From a virus: a DNA stretch of 64,000 nucleotides. The stretch spans positions 24,951-88,950 of the IMG/VR virus record IMGVR_UViG_3300035034_000851; one strand, 5' to 3'. Under the pieces are notes generated by a model. That model was not told where the DNA came from, ran no database searches, and was given only the letters and a program-made list of their open reading frames with translations. Shown here piece by piece: positions 60,668-64,000 of this stretch (its first letter is position 1; every line of letters starts with the position of its first letter). A program made the position numbers and the translations under genes.

Positions 60668-62347
60668 ATGACAAAACAATTAATAAAAACTGTAAAAGAT
60701 TATTTTAATAAATATAGTCTTTTTACAATAAATAGTGATGGCAAAGAAACTAAAGTTAAGCTTTGTGACACAGTTATTCTTGATAAACCAAAATTTTATG
60801 GAACATTAAATCAAGTTGCTAAATTTACTTTAGGAGATACTATTGGAGATGGATTAATATATGATAACGGAACTAGTGTAACTAATGCAGGTCCAGGTAC
60901 AGGTACAGAAAACACTGCTTTTGGATTTGATTCACTTGTAGTAAATACCACAGGTTCTAATAACACTTCTGATGGTTTTGAAAGTTTAAAAGCAAATACT
61001 ACAGGTAGTAATAATACTGCTTATGGTCGTCAAAGTCTTCTTAGTAATACTACTGGTAGTAGTAATACAGCTAATGGAGTTTTAAGTTTAGGGAGTAATA
61101 CTAACGGAAACAATAACACAGCTAGTGGTCAAAGTAGTCTTGCTAGTAATATTTCAGGCGATAACAGTGTAGCTTTTGGATTTGAAAGTCTTAAAACAAA
61201 TATTGTAGGAGCTAATAATACTGGATTAGGTTATAAAACTCTTACTGATAATACATCGGGAGATGGCAACACTGCTATAGGAACTGAATCTTTATCCAGT
61301 AACACTATAGGAGAAAACAACACTGCAAGTGGTTATAATGCTCTTAAAGCAAACGTTAATGGAGTTAATAATACTGCTAACGGGTCTAAAAGTCTTGAAC
61401 GTAATATATCAGGAGGTAACAACACTGCTACAGGAGTTAACAGTCTTTTATCTAATACTTCAGGAGATAATAATACTTCAAATGGAATGGGTAATCTTCA
61501 GAATAATACAACAGGAATCAATAATTCCTCTTTAGGGTTTAAAAGCCTTTTTGCTAATACTACTGGAAATAGTAATAATGCTATTGGACGTCAAAGTCTT
61601 CTTTCAAACACAACAGGTAGTAATAATGTTTCTAATGGAACAAATAGTCTTCTTTATAATACTACAGGAGATAATAATACTGCTGTGGGGCGTTCTAGTC
61701 TTCAAAATAATATTACTGCAGATGGTAATACAGCTATTGGTTATAGTAGTCTTTTAAGCAATACCACAGGAACTAGTAACACCGCAACAGGAACTTCTAG
61801 TCTTTTAAATAACACTACAGCAGATGATAATACAGCTTATGGATTTAATAGCCTTGCAGAAAATACTACAGGAACTCAAAATACAGCATCAGGAGTTAGT
61901 AGTCTTTTGAGTAACACTACTGCGGATAAAAATTCTGCTTATGGATTTGAGAGTCTTACAGCAAACACTACAGGAGAAGAAAATCAGGCTTCAGGTTGGA
62001 GAAGTCTTTTAACTAATACTACAGGAAATAAAAATACAGCAAACGGAGCTTTAAGTCTTGCTTACAATACAACAGGAAGTGAAAACACCGCTATAGGTTA
62101 TGGTTCTTTACCTAATAATACAACAGGAAGTAATAACATTGCTATAGGTAAATTTTCTCAAAGTGGAGACTTTGATGGTTCAGTTGTAATAGGTCATACT
62201 GCAGTAGCAACAGCAGATAATCAATTTGTAATAGGCAGTTCTTCAGTTAATGCAGGAGCTATAACTACAGAAACAATTACTGCAACTAAAACTTGGACAG
62301 TAAAAATAAACGGAGATGATTATAAAATAGCTTGCATACCAGTATAA
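60668..62347 (+). CDS. Beta-roll repeat fibre protein (YadA-head-like 14-aa repeats)
   Basis: About 30 copies of NTTGxxNTAxGxxSL. Confidence 0.75.
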   Translation: MTKQLIKTVKDYFNKYSLFTINSDGKETKVKLCDTVILDKPKFYGTLNQVAKFTLGDTIGDGLIYDNGTSVTNAGPGTGTENTAFGFDSLVVNTTGSNNTSDGFESLKANTTGSNNTAYGRQSLLSNTTGSSNTANGVLSLGSNTNGNNNTASGQSSLASNISGDNSVAFGFESLKTNIVGANNTGLGYKTLTDNTSGDGNTAIGTESLSSNTIGENNTASGYNALKANVNGVNNTANGSKSLERNISGGNNTATGVNSLLSNTSGDNNTSNGMGNLQNNTTGINNSSLGFKSLFANTTGNSNNAIGRQSLLSNTTGSNNVSNGTNSLLYNTTGDNNTAVGRSSLQNNITADGNTAIGYSSLLSNTTGTSNTATGTSSLLNNTTADDNTAYGFNSLAENTTGTQNTASGVSSLLSNTTADKNSAYGFESLTANTTGEENQASGWRSLLTNTTGNKNTANGALSLAYNTTGSENTAIGYGSLPNNTTGSNNIAIGKFSQSGDFDGSVVIGHTAVATADNQFVIGSSSVNAGAITTETITATKTWTVKINGDDYKIACIPV

Positions 62348-62364
62348 AATAAATTAAAAAAATT

Positions 62365-62739
62365 ATGGATGAATACGATATAGTAACACAGAAACAGATT
62401 AAAAAAATAGAAAATTTAATTTGTAAAGAACGTGTTAAACTTAAAAATTTTAAAAGTACGCTAGACACTACAGCATCTACTTCTGTATTAGACCTTACTA
62501 ATGTATTAGGCATCTATTATACAGGCCCATCAGGAGCAGCTAAAAGTTTAACAACGTATACAACAACAGGAACAACTTTAGGAGCTTTTACACAAGTGTT
62601 AATTAATACTACTAGTGAACCCACAGTAGATGGTTCTTCATCTCCAATTTCAGGAGCAAGTTGGACTACAGGTGTAGATATGTATATGGTAGTTACTTAT
62701 AATGGAACCAGAGTAGAATACTTCTTTTTAGAAATATGA
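62365..62739 (+). CDS. Tail fibre-associated protein
   Basis: Thr-rich beta protein in the fibre cluster. Confidence 0.5.
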   Translation: MDEYDIVTQKQIKKIENLICKERVKLKNFKSTLDTTASTSVLDLTNVLGIYYTGPSGAAKSLTTYTTTGTTLGAFTQVLINTTSEPTVDGSSSPISGASWTTGVDMYMVVTYNGTRVEYFFLEI

Positions 62740-63590
62740 ATTTAACATTATTACATAAACTACGAGTAAGCGGTGCAGCAGGTCTATTTTTAGACACTTA
62801 CGCAGGAGCAGCAGCAGCCTACTCTTTGCAAAAAATAAAGGCTACTACTACGAATGTAATCAAAGCAAGGCGAAGTAGTGATGATGCAGAACTAGACTTT
62901 ACAGCAGCAGAAATAACGGACGGCACACTTACCACTTGGACGGGTGCAGGTGATGGATTTGTGACAATATGGTACGACCAAAGCGAGGATAACCACATTA
63001 TAAATGCAACATCTGGGGAGCAGCCTAAAATAGTTGATAGCGGTTCTGTTGTACTTGAAAATGGTAAGCCTGCTTTGGATTTTGGGGGGAGTAGTGAGCT
63101 TAATAAAGCTACAGTTTCAATAAGCAGTAACGACTATTCTTTTTTTGGAGTGGCTAATACTTCAGGTAATGGTACTAAGACATTATTTAGAAATAGAGAA
63201 CTTGGTACTTTTGGATCTTTTGAAGGTGTAGGGTTTTTAGAACTAAACCATAGTAGTATACAAAACACATTTATTGATGATGGTAGCGGTAACGCTTTAC
63301 AAGCGTCATCAAATTCTTTAACATATTCTCAGCAAATAATAACTACTTTGTACACTTTATCTACGGCAGCATTATATTCAAATGGTAGTCAAATAGGTTC
63401 TTCAAATCAGGGGTCTGGGTCAACTCCATTAACTGGTCCAATAGCATTACCCTACTTAAATGTAGGAGGTAAAATATTTAGCAGACCTTGGCAGTCTACG
63501 GTGCAAGAAATAATCCTTTATAATTCCAACCAAACAGCAAACAAAGCAGGCATAGAGTCTAACATTAACGGAAGATATACAATTTATTAA
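62736..63590 (+). CDS. Lectin/LamG-like receptor-binding or fibre protein
   Basis: AAAAYSL, RRSSDDAELDF, FVTIWYDQS, QPKIV and EIILY patterns. Confidence 0.65.
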   Translation: MNLTLLHKLRVSGAAGLFLDTYAGAAAAYSLQKIKATTTNVIKARRSSDDAELDFTAAEITDGTLTTWTGAGDGFVTIWYDQSEDNHIINATSGEQPKIVDSGSVVLENGKPALDFGGSSELNKATVSISSNDYSFFGVANTSGNGTKTLFRNRELGTFGSFEGVGFLELNHSSIQNTFIDDGSGNALQASSNSLTYSQQIITTLYTLSTAALYSNGSQIGSSNQGSGSTPLTGPIALPYLNVGGKIFSRPWQSTVQEIILYNSNQTANKAGIESNINGRYTIY

Positions 63591-63814
63591 TGATAGGCTA
63601 CACATACATAACAGAAGAGCTAGCCATAACTGCACGCAAACAATGTGCTGACTATTACGGACTACCCAAGACACCTACAAGTACTACACTCTATAAGGTC
63701 AATTACTCAGAGGCTAGTCTTGATACTCCAAAGTTTTGGTATATAAAGTTTGATGAAAGCATAAGAGTAGTTTTAGGGCAGCCAAAAGAATTTAATATCA
63801 CCACAGAAATATAA
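63590..63814 (+). CDS. Small fibre-associated protein
   Basis: Coupled to the upstream gene. Confidence 0.5.
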   Translation: MIGYTYITEELAITARKQCADYYGLPKTPTSTTLYKVNYSEASLDTPKFWYIKFDESIRVVLGQPKEFNITTEI

Positions 63815-63828
63815 TAAAATAAAAAAAC

Positions 63829-64000
63829 ATGCTAAATTTAAAATTAACAAACTTTGTATTAGAAGGATTAGTGTCTAATGGAGACTGGCTTTCTATAGAC
63901 TCTGGTTTAGGAGAAGAAATTACTAAAGTAAATATAAAAGCTTTAGAAAAATGTAATAGCTGTTCTGGAGCAGACAGTGTAATAAATACTTTTGAATTAG
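63829..64000 (+). CDS. Hypothetical protein (3' partial)
   Basis: ATG at 63829, frame open to the window end. Confidence 0.5.
   Translation, partial: MLNLKLTNFVLEGLVSNGDWLSIDSGLGEEITKVNIKALEKCNSCSGADSVINTFEL

Noticed and set aside
60900-62150. Diversity-generating retroelement or CRISPR-like DNA repeats
   Set aside because: The repeats are in-frame protein repeats with synonymous variation, and no reverse transcriptase is in the window.
381-63674. Short antisense or alternate-frame ORFs in the track (e.g. 381-563, 2417-2836, 22030-22395, 47963-48964, 61329-61757)
   Set aside because: They are shadows of well-supported genes and show no motifs.
1-64000. Stop-codon reassignment (TAG or TGA), common in some crAss-like phages
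   Set aside because: Long genes are intact under the standard code, coding density is high, and TAG and TGA end several genes.

Overview
Very AT-rich phage DNA whose gene order and marker genes match a crAss-like (Crassvirales-type) podovirus of Bacteroidota, probably a flavobacterial host (host-type TAnnTTTG promoters, A-rich translation starts). There are three blocks. (1) 1-2768 (+): the 3' end of a giant, probably virion/ejected protein. (2) About 2820-42940 (-): early and replication genes, including PolA, DnaB, primase, a RecT-like gene split by a group I intron carrying an HNH nuclease, class II RNR, dUTPase, a SET protein, an IF3 C-domain, a degenerate RNA ligase/phosphoesterase pair and a full amidoligase/ATP-grasp/GATase/GGCT/COOH-NH2-ligase cluster. 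This block also holds a tmRNA and a dense set of unannotated end-paired structured RNA candidates and anticodon-defective tRNA mimics. (3) About 43100-64000 (+): late genes (resolvase, GroES/GroEL, M15 endolysin, holin, TerL, portal, scaffold, MCP, tail proteins). All calls come from motif reading and by-eye base pairing; no database search or folding was run.
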